From assembly GCA_040954595.2 (NCBI GenBank), contig CM082588.2, positions 11,173,398-11,237,397 on the forward strand: a DNA stretch of 64,000 bases, given 5' to 3'. The translations under genes and the position numbers were made by a program. Each line of letters starts with the position of its first letter. The first letter of the stretch is position 1. Below, piece after piece: positions 23,405 to 37,405 of this stretch. This DNA comes from Balanoglossus misakiensis. Lineage: Eukaryota; Animalia; Hemichordata. The notes beneath the pieces were generated by a model, which saw nothing but the letters and a program-made list of their open reading frames with translations, did no database searches and was not told the DNA's origin.

Positions 23405-26400
23405 AACATTAAGCAGAGCACACAGTAACCAGGCCAGAGTGGCCAGTATCGTGCCCATTAATTTTGAGTGTTTGATGGGGGTCAACCTTTGCGTCAACAT
23501 TAACCAGAGCACACAGTAACCAGGCCGTAGTGGACAGTGTTCTGCCCATTAATTTTGAGTGTTTGGTGGGGTCAACCTTTGCTTCAACATTAACCAGAGC
23601 ACACAGTAACCAGGCCATAGTGGACAGTGTGCTGCCCATTAATTTTGAGTGTTTGGTGGGGTCAACCTTTGCGTCAACATTAACCAGAGCACACAGTAAC
23701 CAGGCCGTAGTGGACAGTGTTCTGCCCATTAATTTTGAGTGTTTGGTGGGGTCAACCTTTGCGTCAACATTAACCAGAGCACACAGTAACCAGGCCGTAG
23801 TGGACAGTGTTCTGCCCATTAATTTTGAGTGTTTGGTGGGGTCAACCTTTGCGTCAACATTAACCAGAGCACACAGTAACCAGGCCGTAGTGGACAGTGT
23901 TCTGCCCATTAATTTTGAGTGTTTGGTGGGGTCAACCTTTGCGTCAACATTAACTAGGCCAGAGTGGCCAGTATCGTGCCCATTAATTTTGAGTGTTTGG
24001 TGGGGTCAACCTTTGCGTCAACATTAACTAGGCCAGAGTGGCCAGTATCATGCCCATTAATTTTGAGTGTTTGGTGGGGTCAACCTTTGCGTCAACATTA
24101 ACTAGGCCAGAGTGGCCAGTATCGTGCCCATTAATTTTGAGTGTTTGGTGGGGTCAACCTTTGCGCCAACATTAACTAGGCCAGAGTGGCCAGTATCGTG
24201 CCCATTAATTTTGAGTGTTTGGTGGGGGTCAACCTTTGCGTCAACATTAACCAGAGCACACAGTAACCAGGCCGTAGTGGACAGTGTTCTGCCCATTAAT
24301 TTTGAGTGTTTGGTGGGGTCAACCTTTGCGTCAACATTAACCAGAGCACACAGTAACCAGGCCATAGTGGACAGTGTGCTGCCCATTAATTTTGAGTGTT
24401 TGGTGGGGTCAACCTTTGCGTCAACATTAACCAGAGCACACAGTAACCAGGCCATAGTGGACAGTGTTCTGCCCATTAATTTTGAGTGTTTGGTGGGGTC
24501 AACCTTTGCGTCAACATTAACCAGAGCACACAGTAACCAGGCCGTAGTGGACAGTGTTCTGCCCATTAATTTTGAGTGTTTGGTGGGTCAACCTTTGCGT
24601 CAACATTAACCAGAGCACACAGTAACCAGGCCGTAGTGGACAGTGTTCTGCCCATTAATTTTGAATGTTTGGTGGGGTCAACCTTTGCGTCAACATTAAC
24701 CAGAGCACACAGTAACCAGGCCATAGTGGACACTGTTCTGCCCTTTAATTTTGAGTGTTTGGTGGGGTCAACCTTTGCGTCAATATTAACCAGAGCATAC
24801 AGTAACCAGGCCGTAGTGGACAGTGTTCTGCCCATTAATTTTGAGTGTTTGGTGGGGTCAACCTTTGCGTCAACATTAACCAGAGCACACAGTAACCAGG
24901 CCATAGTGGACAGTGTGCTGCCCATTAATTTTGAGTGTTTGGTGGGGTCAACCTTTGCGTCAACATTAACCAGAGCACACAGTAACCAGGCCGTAGTGGA
25001 CAGTGTTCTGCCCATTAATTTTGAGTGTTTGGTGGGGTCAACCTTTGCGTCAACATTAACCAGAGCACACAGTAACCAGGCCATAGTGGACAGTGTTCTG
25101 CCCATTAATTTTGAGTGTTTGGTGGGGTCAACCTTTGCGTCAACATTAACCAGAGCACACAGTAACCAGGCCGTAGTGGACAGTGTTCTGCCCATTAATT
25201 TTGAGTGTTTGGTGGGGTCAACCTTTGCGTCAACATTAACCAGAGCACACAGTAACCAGGCCAGAGTGGCCAGTATCGTGCCCATTAATTTTGAGTGTTT
25301 GATGGGGGTCAACCTTTGCGTCAACATTAACCAGAGCACACAGTAACCAGGCCGTAGTGGACAGTGTTCTGCCCATTAATTTTGAGTGTTTGGTGGGGTC
25401 AACCTTTGCGTCAACATTAACCAGAGCACACAGTAACCAGGCCATAGTGGACAGTGTGCTGCCCATTAATTTTGAGTGTTTGGTGGGGTCAACCTTTGCG
25501 TCAACATTAACCAGAGCAAACAGTAACCAGGCCATAGTGGACAGTGTTCTGCCCATTAATTTTGAGTGTTTGGTGGGGTCAACCTTTGCGTCAACATTAA
25601 CCAGAGCACACAGTAACCAGGCCGTAGTGGACAGTGTTCTGCCCATTAATTTTGAGTGTTTGGTGGGGTCAACCTTTGCGTCAACATTAACCAGAGCACA
25701 CAGTAACCAGGCCGTAGTGGACAGTGTTCTGCCCATTAATTTTGAGTGTTTGGTGGGGTCAACCTTTGCGTCAACATTAACTAGGCCAGAGTGGCCAGTA
25801 TCGTGCCCATTAATTTTGAGTGTTTGGTGGGGTCAACCTTTGCGTCAACATTAACTAGGCCAGAGTGGCCAGTATCGTGCCCATTAATTTTGAGTGTTTG
25901 GTGGGGTCAACCTTTGCGTCAACATTAACTAGGCCAGAGTGGCCAGTATCGTGCCCATTAATTTTGAGTGTTTGGTGGGGTCAACCTTTGCGTCAACATT
26001 AACCAGAGCACACAGTAACCAGGCCGTAGTGGACAGTGTTCTGCCCATTAATTTTGAGTGTTTGGTGGGGTCAACCTTTGCGTCAACATTAACCAGAGCA
26101 CACAGTAACCAGGCCATAGTGGACAGTGTGCTGCCCATTAATTTTGAGTGTTTGGTGGGGTCAACCTTTGCGTCAACATTAACCAGAGCAAACAGTAACC
26201 AGGCCATAGTGGACAGTGTTCTGCCCATTAATTTTGAGTGTTTGGTGGGGTCAACCTTTGCGTCAACATTAACCAGAGCACACAGTAACCAGGCCGTAGT
26301 GGACAGTGTTCTGCCCATTAATTTTGAGTGTTTGGTGGGGTCAACCTTTGCGTCAACATTAACCAGAGCACACAGTAACCAGGCCGTAGTGGACAGTGTT

Positions 26401-29400
26401 CTGCCCATTAATTTTAAGTGTTTGGTGGGGTCAACCTTTGCGTCAACATTAACCAGAGCACACAGTAACCAGGCCGTAGTGGACAGTGTTCTGCCCATTA
26501 ATTTTGAGTGTTTGGTGGGGTCAACCTTTGCGTCAACATTAACCAGAGCACACAGTAACCAGGCCGTAGTGGACAGTGTTCTGCCCATTAATTTTGAGTG
26601 TTTGGTGGGGTCAACCTTTGCGTCAACATTAACCAGAGCACACAGTAACCAGGCCATAGTGGACAGTGTGCTGCCCATTAATTTTGAGTGTTTGGTGGGG
26701 TCAACCTTTGCGTCAACATTAACCAGAGCACACAGTAACCAGGCCGTAGTGGACAGTGTTCTGCCCATTAATTTTGAGTGTTTGGTGGGGTCAACCTTTG
26801 CGTCAACATTAACCAGAGCACACAGTAACCAGGCCGTAGTGGACAGTGTTCTGCCCATTAATTTTGAGTGTTTGGTGGGGTCAACCTTTGCGTCAACATT
26901 AACTAGGCCAGAGTGGCCAGTATCGTGCCCATTAATTTTGAGTGTTTGGTGGGGTCAACCTTTGCGTCAACATTAACTAGGCCAGAGTGGCCAGTATCGT
27001 GCCCATTAATTTTGAGTGTTTGGTGGGGTCAACCTTTGCGTCAACATTAACTAGGCCAGAGTGGCCAGTATCGTGCCCATTAATTTTGAGTGTTTGGTGG
27101 GGTCAACCTTTGCGCCAACATTAACTAGGCCAGAGTGGCCAGTATCGTGCCCATTAATTTTGAGTGTTTGGTGGGGGTCAACCTTTGCGTCAACATTAAC
27201 CAGAGCACACAGTAACCAGGCCATAGTGGACAGTGTTCTGCCCTTTAATTTTGAGTGTTTGGTGGGGTCAACCTTTGCATCAACATTAACCAGAGCACAC
27301 AGTAACCAGGCCGTAGTGGACAGTGTTCTGCCCATTAATTTTGAGTGTTTGGTGGGGTCAACCTTTGCGTCAACATTAACCAGAGCACACAGTAACCAGG
27401 CCATAGTGGACAGTGTGCTGCCCATTAATTTTGAGTGTTTGGTGGGGTCAACCTTTGCGTCAACATTAACCAGAGCACACAGTAACCAGGCCGTAGTGGA
27501 CAGTGTTCTGCCCATTAATTTTGAGTGTTTGGTGGGGTCAACCTTTGCGTCAACATTAACCAGAGCACACAGTAACCAGGCCATAGTGGACAGTGTTCTG
27601 CCCATTAATTTTGAGTGTTTGGTGGGGTCAACCTTTGCGTCAACATTAACCAGAGCACACAGTAACCAGGCCGTAGTGGACAGTGTTCTGCCCATTAATT
27701 TTGAGTGTTTGGTGGGGTCAACCTTTGCGTCAACATTAACCAGAGCACACAGTAACCAGGCCATAGTGGACAGTGTGCTGCCCATTAATTTTGAGTGTTT
27801 GGTGGGGTCAACCTTTGCGTCAACATTAACCAGAGCACACAGTAACCAGGCCGTAGTGGACAGTGTTCTGCCCATTAATTTTGAGTGTTTGGTGGGGTCA
27901 ACCTTTGCGTCAACATTAACCAGAGCACACAGTAACCAGGCCGTAGTGGACAGTGTTCTGCCCATTAATTTTGAGTGTTTGGTGGGGTCAACCTTTGCGT
28001 CAACATTAACTAGGCCAGAGTGGCCAGTATCGTGCCCATTAATTTTGAGTGTTTGGTGGGGTCAACCTTTGCGTCAACATTAACTAGGCCAGAGTGGCCA
28101 GTATCGTGCCCATTAATTTTGAGTGTTTGGTGGGGTCAACCTTTGCGTCAACATTAACTAGGCCAGAGTGGCCAGTATCGTGCCCATTAATTTTGAGTGT
28201 TTGGTGGGGTCAACCTTTGCGCCAACATTAACTAGGCCAGAGTGGCCAGTATCGTGCCCATTAATTTTGAGTGTTTGGTGGGGGTCAACCTTTGCGTCAA
28301 CATTAACCAGAGCACACAGTAACCAGGCCATAGTGGACAGTGTTCTGCCCTTTAATTTTGAGTGTTTGGTGGGGTCAACCTTTGCATCAACATTAACCAG
28401 AGCACACAGTAACCAGGCCGTAGTCGACAGTGTTCTGCCCATTAATTTTGAGTGTTTGGTGGGGTCAACCTTTGCGTCAACATTAACCAGAGCACACAGT
28501 AACCAGGCCATAGTGGACAGTGTGCTGCCCATTAATTTTGAGTGTTTGGTGGGGTCAACCTTTGCGTCAACATTAACCAGAGCACACAGTAACCAGGCCG
28601 TAGTGGACAGTGTTCTGCCCATTAATTTTGAGTGTTTGGTGGGGTCAACCTTTGCGTCAACATTAACCAGAGCACACAGTAACCAGGCCATAGTGGACAG
28701 TGTTCTGCCCATTAATTTTGAGTGTTTGGTGGGGTCAACCTTTGCGTCAACATTAACCAGAGCACACAGTAACCAGGCCGTAGTGGACAGTGTTCTGCCC
28801 ATTAATTTTGAGTGTTTGGTGGGGTCAACCTTTGCGTCAACATTAACCAGAGCACACAGTAACCAGGCCAGAGTGGCCAGTATCGTGCCCATTAATTTTG
28901 AGTGTTTGATGGGGGTCAACCTTTGCGTCAACATTAACCAGAGCACACAGTAACCAGGCCGTAGTGGACAGTGTTCTGCCCATTAATTTTGAGTGTTTGG
29001 TGGGGTCAACCTTTGCGTCAACATTAACCAGAGCACACAGTAACCAGGCCATAGTGGACAGTGTGCTGCCCATTAATTTTGAGTGTTTGGTGGGGTCAAC
29101 CTTTGCGTCAACATTAACCAGAGCACACAGTAACCAGGCCGTAGTGGACAGTGTTCTGCCCATTAATTTTGAGTGTTTGGTGGGGTCAACCTTTGCGTCA
29201 ACATTAACCAGAGCACACAGTAACCAGGCCGTAGTGGACAGTGTTCTGCCCATTAATTTTGAGTGTTTGGTGGGGTCAACCTTTGCGTCAACATTAACCA
29301 GAGCACACAGTAACCAGGCCGTAGTGGACAGTGTTCTGCCCATTAATTTTGAGTGTTTGGTGGGGTCAACCTTTGCGTCAACATTAACTAGGCCAGAGTG

Positions 29401-32400
29401 GCCAGTATCGTGCCCATTAATTTTGAGTGTTTGGTGGGGTCAACCTTTGCGTCAACATTAACTAGGCCAGAGTGGCCAGTATCGTGCCCATTAATTTTGA
29501 GTGTTTGGTGGGGTCAACCTTTGCGTCAACATTAACTAGGCCAGAGTGGCCAGTATCGTGCCCATTAATTTTGAGTGTTTGGTGGGGTCAACCTTTGCGT
29601 CAACATTAACCAGAGCACACAGTAACCAGGCCGTAGTGGACAGTGTTCTGCCCATTAATTTTGAGTGTTTGGTGGGGTCAACCTTTGCGTCAACATTAAC
29701 CAGAGCACACAGTAACCAGGCCATAGTGGACAGTGTGCTGCCCATTAATTTTGAGTGTTTGGTGGGGTCAACCTTTGCGTCAACATTAACCAGAGCACAC
29801 AGTAACCAGGCCGTAGTGGACAGTGTTCTGCCCATTAATTTTGAGTGTTTGGTGGGGTCAACCTTTGCGTCAACATTAACCAGAGCACACAGTAACCAGG
29901 CCATAGTGGACAGTGTGCTGCCCATTAATTTTGAGTGTTTGGTGGGGTCAACCTTTGCGTCAACATTAACCAGAGCACACAGTAACCAGGCCAGAGTGGC
30001 CAGTATCGTGCCCATTAATTTTGAGTGTTTGATGGGGGTCAACCTTTGCGTCAACATTAACCAGAGCACACAGTAACCAGGCCGTAGTGGACAGTGTTCT
30101 GCCCATTAATTTTGAGTGTTTGGTGGGGTCAACCTTTGCGTCAACATTAACCAGAGCACACAGTAACCAGGCCATAGTGGACAGTGTGCTGCCCATTAAT
30201 TTTGAGTGTTTGGTGGGGTCAACCTTTGCGTCAACATTAACCAGAGCACACAGTAACCAGGCCGTAGTGGACAGTGTTCTGCCCATTAATTTTGAGTGTT
30301 TGGTGGGGTCAACCTTTGCGTCAACATTAACCAGAGCACACAGTAACCAGGCCGTAGTGGACAGTGTTCTGCCCATTAATTTTGAGTGTTTGGTGGGGTC
30401 AACCTTTGCGTCAACATTAACCAGAGCACACAGTAACCAGGCCGTAGTGGACAGTGTTCTGCCCATTAATTTTGAGTGTTTGGTGGGGTCAACCTTTGCG
30501 TCAACATTAACTAGGCCAGAGTGGCCAGTATCGTGCCCATTAATTTTGAGTGTTTGGTGGGGTCAACCTTTGCGTCAACATTAACTAGGCCAGAGTGGCC
30601 AGTATCGTGCCCATTAATTTTGAGTGTTTGGTGGGGTCAACCTTTGCGTCAACATTAACTAGGCCAGAGTGGCCAGTATAGTGCCCATTAATTTTGAGTG
30701 TTTGGTGGGGTCAACCTTTGCGTCAACATTAACCAGAGCACACAGTAACCAGGCCGTAGTGGACAGTGTTCTGCCCATTAATTTTGAGTGTTTGGTGGGG
30801 TCAACCTTTGCGTCAACATTAACCAGAGCACACAGTAACCAGGCCGTAGTGGACAGTGTGCTGCCCATTAATTTTGAGTGTTTGGTGGGGTCAACCTTTG
30901 CGTCAACATTAACCAGAGCACACAGTAACCAGGCCATAGTGGACAGTGTTCTGCCCATTAATTTTGAGTGTTTGGTGGGGTCAACCTTTGCGTCAACATT
31001 AACCAGAGCACACAGTAACCAGGCCGTAGTGGACAGTGTTCTGCCCATTAATTTTGAGTGTTTGGTGGGGTCAACCTTTGCGTCAACATTAACCAGAGCA
31101 CACAGTAACCAGGCCGTAGTGGACAGTGTTCTGCCCATTAATTTTGAGTGTTTGGTGGGGTCAACCTTTGCGTCAACATTAACCAGAGCACACAGTAACC
31201 AGGCCATAGTGGACAGTGTTCTGCCCATTAATTTTGAGTGTTTGGTGGGGTCAACCTTTGCGTCAACATTAACCAGAGCACACAGTAACCAGGCCGTAGT
31301 GGACAGTGTTCTGCCCATTAATTTTGAGTGTTTGGTGGGGTCAACCTTTGCGTCAACATTAACCAGAGCACACAGTAACCAGGCCATAGTGGACAGTGTG
31401 CTGCCCATTAATTTTGAGTGTTTGGTGGGGTCAACCTTTGCGTCAACATTAACCAGAGCACACAGTAACCAGGCCGTAGTGGACAGTGTTCTGCCCATTA
31501 ATTTTGAGTGTTTGGTGGGGTCAACCTTTGCGTCAACATTAACCAGAGCACACAGTAACCAGGCCATAGTGGACAGTGTGCTGCCCATTAATTTTGAGTG
31601 TTTGGTGGGGTCAACCTTTGCGTCAACATTAACCAGAGCACACAGTAACCAGGCCGTAGTGGACAGTGTTCTGCCCATTAATTTTGAGTGTTTGGTGGGG
31701 TCAACCTTTGCGTCAACATTAACCAGAGCACACAGTAACCAGGCCGTAGTGGACAGTGTTCTGCCCATTAATTTTGAGTGTTTGGTGGGGTCAACCTTTG
31801 CGTCAACATTAACTAGGCCAGAGTGGCCAGTATCGTGCCCATTAATTTTGAGTGTTTGGTGGGGTCAACCTTTGCGTCAACATTAACTAGGCCAGAGTGG
31901 CCAGTATCGTGCCCATTAATTTTGAGTGTTTGGTGGGGTCAACCTTTGCGTCAACATTAACTAGGCCAGAGTGGCCAGTATCGTGCCCATTAATTTTGAG
32001 TGTTTGGTGGGGTCAACCTTTGCGTCAACATTAACCAGAGCACACAGTAACCAGGCCGTAGTGGACAGTGTTCTGCCCATTAATTTTGAGTGTTTGGTGG
32101 GGTCAACCTTTGCGTCAACATTAACCAGAGCACACAGTAATCAGGCCGTAGTGGACAGTGTGCTGCCCATTAATTTTGAGTGTTTGGTGGGGTCAACCTT
32201 TGCGTCAACATTAACCAGAGCACACAGTAACCAGGCCATAGTGGACAGTGTTCTGCCCATTAATTTTGAGTGTTTGGTGGGGTCAACCTTTGCGTCAACA
32301 TTAACCAGAGCACACAGTAACCAGGCCGTAGTGGACAGTGTTCTGCCCATTAATTTTGAGTGTTTGGTGGGGTCAACCTTTGCGTCAACATTAACCAGAG

Positions 32401-35400
32401 CACACAGTAACCAGGCCGTAGTGGACAGTGTTCTGCCCATTAATTTTGAGTGTTTGGTGGGGTCAACCTTTGCGTCAACATTAACCAGAGCACACAGTAA
32501 CCAGGCCATAGTGGACAGTGTTCTGCCCATTAATTTTGAGTGTTTGGTGGGGTCAACCTTTGCGTCAACATTAACCAGAGCACACAGTAACCAGGCCGTA
32601 GTGGACAGTGTTCTGCCCATTAATTTTGAGTGTTTGGTGGGGTCAACCTTTGCGTCAACATTAACCAGAGCACACAGTAACCAGGCCATAGTGGACAGTG
32701 TGCTGCCCATTAATTTTGAGTGTTTGGTGGGGTCAACCTTTGCGTCAACATTAACCAGAGCACACAGTAACCAGGCCGTAGTGGACAGTGTTCTGCCCAT
32801 TAATTTTGAGTGTTTGGTGGGGTCAACCTTTGCGTCAACATTAACCAGAGCACACAGTAACCAGGCCATAGTGGACAGTGTTCTGCCCATTAATTTTGAG
32901 TGTTTGGTGGGGTCAACCTTTGCGTCAACATTAACCAGAGCACACAGTAACCAGGCCGTAGTGGACAGTGTTCTGCCCATTAATTTTGAGTGTTTGGTGG
33001 GGTCAACCTTTGCGTCAACATTAACCAGAGCACACAGTAACCAGGCCGTAGTGGACAGTGTTCTGCCCATTAATTTTGAGTGTTTGGTGGGGTCAACCTT
33101 TGCGTCAACATTAACCAGAGCACACAGTAACCAGGCCGTAGTGGACAGTGTTCTGCCCATTAATTTTGAGTGTTTGGTGGGGTCAACCTTTGCGTCAACA
33201 TTAACCAGAGCACACAGTAACCAGGCCATAGTGGACAGTGTGCTGCCCATTAATTTTGAGTGTTTGGTGGGGTCAACCTTTGCGTCAACATTAACCAGAG
33301 CACACAGTAACCAGGCCATAGTGGACAGTGTGCTGCCCATTAATTTTGAGTGTTTGGTGGGGTCAACCTTTGCGTCAACATTAACCAGAGCACAGAGTAA
33401 CCAGGCCATAGTGGACAGTGTTCTGCCCATTAATTTTGAGTGTTTGGTGGGGTCAACCTTTGCGTCAACATTAATCAGAGCACACAGTAACCAGGCCGTA
33501 GTGGACAGTGTTCTGCCCATTAATTTTGAGTGTTTGGTGGGGTCAACCTTTGCGTCAACATTAACCAGAGCACACAGTAACCAGGCCATAGTGGACAGTG
33601 TTCTGCCCATTAATTTTGAGTGTTTGGTGGGGTCAACCTTTGCGTCAACATTAACCAGAGCACACAGTAACCAGGCCGTAGTGGACAGTGTTCTGCCCAT
33701 TAATTTTGAGTGTTTGGTGGGGTCAACCTTTGCGTCAACATTAACTAGGCCAGAATGGCCAGTATCGTGCCCATTAATTTTGAGTGTTTGGTGGGGTCAA
33801 CCTTTGCGTCAACATTAACTAGGCCAGAGTGGCCAGTATCATGCCCATTAATTTTGAGTGTTTGGTGGGGTCAACCTTTGCGTCAACATTAACTAGGCCA
33901 GAGTGGCCAGTATCCTGCCCATTAATTTTGAGTGTTTGGTGGGGTCAACCTTTGCATCAACATTAACCAGGCCAGAGTGGCCAGTGTCGTGCCCATTAAT
34001 TTTGAGTTTTTGGTGGGGTCAACCTTGGCATCAACATTAACTAGGCCAGAGTGGCCAGTATCGTGCCCATTAATTTTGAGTGTTTGGTGGGGTCAACCTT
34101 TGCGTCAACATTAACTAGGCCAGAGTGGCCAGTATCGTGCCCATTAATTTTGAGTGTTTGGTGGGGGTCAACCTTTGCGTCAACATTAACCAGAGCACAC
34201 AGTAACCAGGCCGTAGTGGACAGTGTTCTGCCCATTAATTTTGAGTGTTTGGTGGGGTCAACCTTTGCGTCAACATTAACTAGGCCAGAGTGGCCAGTAT
34301 CGTGCCCATTAATTTTGAGTGTTTGGTGGGGTCAACCTTTGCGTCAACATTAACTAGGCCAGAGTGGCCAGTATCATGCCCATTAATTTTGAGTGTTTGG
34401 TGGGGTCAACCTTTGCGTCAACATTAACTAGGCCAGAGTGGCCAGTATCCTGCCCATTAATTTTGAGTGTTTGGTGGGGTCAACTATTGCATCAACATTA
34501 ACCAGGCCAGAGTGGCCAGTGTCGTGCCCATTAATTTTGAGTTTTTGGTGGGGTCAACCTTGGCATCAACATTAACTAGGCCAGAGTGGCCAGTATCGTG
34601 CCCATTAATTTTGAGTGTTTGGTGGGGTCAACCTTTGCGTCAACATTAACTAGGCCAGAGTGGCCAGTATCGTGCCCATTAATTTTGAGTGTTTGGTGGG
34701 GGTCAACCTTTGCGTCAACATTAACCAGAGCACACAGTAACCAGGCCGTAGTGGACAGTGTTCTGCCCATTAATTTTGAGTGTTTGGTGGGGTCAACCTT
34801 TGCGTCAACATTAACCAGAGCACACAGTAACCAGGCCTTAGTGGACAGTGTGCTGCCCATTAATTTTGAGTGTTTGGTGGGGTCAACCTTTGCGTCAACA
34901 TTAACCAGAGCACACAGTAACCAGGCCATAGTGGACAGTGTTCTGCCCATTAATTTTGAGTGTTTGGTGGGGTCAACCTTTGCGTCAACATTAACCAGAG
35001 CACACAGTAACCAGGCCGTAGTGGACAGTGTTCTGCCCATTAATTTTGAGTGTTTGGTGGGGTCAACCTTTGCGTCAACATTAACCAGAGCACACAGTAA
35101 CCAGGCCGTAGTGGACAGTGTTCTGCCCATTAATTTTGAGTGTTTGGTGGGGTCAACCTTTGCGTCAACATTAACCAGAGCACACAGTAACCAGGCCATA
35201 GTGGACAGTGTTCTGCCCATTAATTTTGAGTGTTTGGTGGGGTCAACCTTTGCGTCAACATTAACCAGAGCACACAGTAACCAGGCCATAGTGGACAGTA
35301 TGCTGCCCATTGATTTTGAGTGTTTGGTGGCGTCAACCTTTGCGTCAACATTAACCAGAGCACACAATAACCAGGCCGTAGTGGACAGTGTTCTGCCCAT

Positions 35401-36260
35401 TAATTTTGAGTGTTTGGTGGGGTCAACCTTTGCGTCAACATTAACCAGAGCACACAGTAACCAGGCCATAGTGGACAGTGTTCTGCCCATTAATTTTGAG
35501 TGTTTGGTGGGGTCAACCTTTGCGTCAACATTAACCAGAGCACACAGTAACCAGGCCGTAGTGGACAGTGTTCTGCCCATTAATTTTGAGTGTTTGGTGG
35601 GGTCAACCTTTGCGTCAACATTAACTAGGCCAGAGTGGCCAGTATCGTGCCCATTAATTTTGAGTGTTTGGTGGGGGTCAACCTTTGCGTCAACATTAAC
35701 TAGGCCAGAGTGGCCAGTATCCTGCCCATTAATTTTGAGTGTTTGGTGGGGTCAACCTTTGCATCAACATTAACCAGAGCACACAGTAACCAGGCCATAG
35801 TGGACAGTGTTCTGCCCATTAATTTTGAGTGTTTGGTGGGGTCAACCTTTGCATCAACATTAACCAGAGCACACAGTAACCAGGCCGTAGTGGACAGTGT
35901 GCTGCCCATTAATTTTGAGTGTTTGGTGGGGTCAACCTTTGCGTCAACATTAACCAGAGCACACAGTAACCAGGCCATAGTGGACAGTATGCTGCCCATT
36001 GATTTTGAGTGTTTGGTGGGGTCAACCTTTGCGTCAACATTAACTAGGCCAGAGTGGCCAGTATCGTGCCCATTAATTTTGAGTGTTTGGTGGGGGTCAA
36101 CCTTTGCGTCAACATTAACTAGGCCAGAGTGGCCAGTATGCTGCCTATTAATTTTGAGTGTTTGGTGGGGTCAACCTTTGCGTCAACATTAAGCAGGCCA
36201 GACAGTAACCAGGCCAGAGTGGACAGTATCCTGCCTATTAATTTTGAGTGATTTGTGGGT
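23405..36260. repeat. ~12.9-kb tandem satellite of ~150 monomers: 90-bp (L) and 74-bp (S) variants with higher-order organisation
   Basis: L = TTAACCAGAGCACACAGTAACCAGGCC(G/A)TAGTGGACAGTGT(T/G)CTGCCCATTAATTTTGAGTGTTTGGTGGGGTCAACCTTTGCGTCAACA; S = TTAACTAGGCCAGAGTGGCCAGTATCGTGCCC plus the same tail. Copies are near-identical; copy number estimated by eye. Confidence 0.98.
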
Positions 36261-37204
36261 CAATTTGATCAAATACTGCCTACCGCTGGCGCTGCATATT
36301 TGAAGAAATGTGAAAAGATGGCAAGACAGGTTTGGTAAATGTGGGCCCCCTAACTGAAGCAAAAGCACAAACTTAAAACAAAGATATGAATTTGGAAGAG
36401 TTTTATTTATTACATATGAAAAATAATGAAGACTTATGCTTCAAAGTAAGTATCGACGGAGTCGAACCGCCAATGCTGCAATGGCATTATACCCATAATA
36501 CTTTTTTGCTTTTTGCATGAATTTCATTATTTTTCATATGCTGTGCAGCTAAAGTGTGGCTAGATGGCTAACTGCTGATGTAAAATATCTTGCATACCAA
36601 TTTGGAACAATTACCCCAAGTAGTGGTCAAACAGAAACAATGCTTGCATTCAATTTAAAACAAGGTGACAAAAGTGGTTGAAATGAAACAATAAGCAAAA
36701 ACAGTGTTTATCAAACTGAAATAATGTGGTCGAAATGAAACAATGAGCAAAAACAGTGTTTATCAAACTGAAATAATGTGCCAAAATAGCTCCTGTTGAT
36801 ATTGCACAAAATTAACTGTTGCATTCTACCCTTGAGTTAATTTTTATTTCCAGGCAATTATGTGCTTAATACTAAATATTATCTATGGGTACAAACCATC
36901 AGTTTCTTAAGTGCAAATCGCAAGAAGCTCCCCCATACAATTTTAGTGTTTTTTTAAATCAAGCAAGATAATTACATACTGTGTGATAAACTAACTAACT
37001 TTACGCGCCTGGGGACAGTTAAAAACCTCGAGCCAAATATAAAATGAGGAAAAACTGCCCCCTCCCCCGTTGTGAATTTTAAAAGGTTGGGGCTCAAACT
37101 AACCAGAATTGTCTTGCCGACTCCTATTTTTCTGTGTACATTTTGATGTATTGTTGTTACGCGAGATTGAGGATTCGTGTTGATGCGGGAATTACGATGA
37201 CGAA

Positions 37205-37405
37205 AGCAAAAAATCCATCGGCGAATCAAACGGGCACACGGCGAAATTCCATTACACGACGATCCAACTGCGATGAAGAACGCGAACGCGGGTAACGTTG
37301 TAAAAAATCCATCGGCGAATCAAACGGGCACACGGCGAAATTCCATTACATGACGAGCGACCTGCAATGAAGAACGCGAACGCGGGTAACGCTGCAAAAA
37401 ATCCG
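37205..37405. repeat. ~94-bp direct repeat, about 2 copies
   Basis: AAAAATCCATCGGCGAATCAAACGGGCACACGGCGAAATTCCATTACA... at ~37208 and ~37302. Confidence 0.85.

Noticed and set aside
23530-36192. Long ORFs (160-615 aa) as protein-coding genes
   Set aside because: They follow from a stop-free 90-bp period on both strands, are broken by 74-bp units, and show no recognisable domain or gene structure.
23950-36192. Frame-preserving lengths of S-monomer runs (3x74, 3x74+75)
   Set aside because: Runs of 6 and 2 units are not multiples of three and the runs contain stops, so there is no evidence of frame selection.
23405-36260. CRISPR-like array
   Set aside because: No unique spacers, monomers are wholly repeated, no cas-like ORFs, and the context is eukaryotic.
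36440-36500. tRNA or SINE from a GGTTCGACTCC B-box-like motif on the minus strand
   Set aside because: No cloverleaf stems or A-box discernible.
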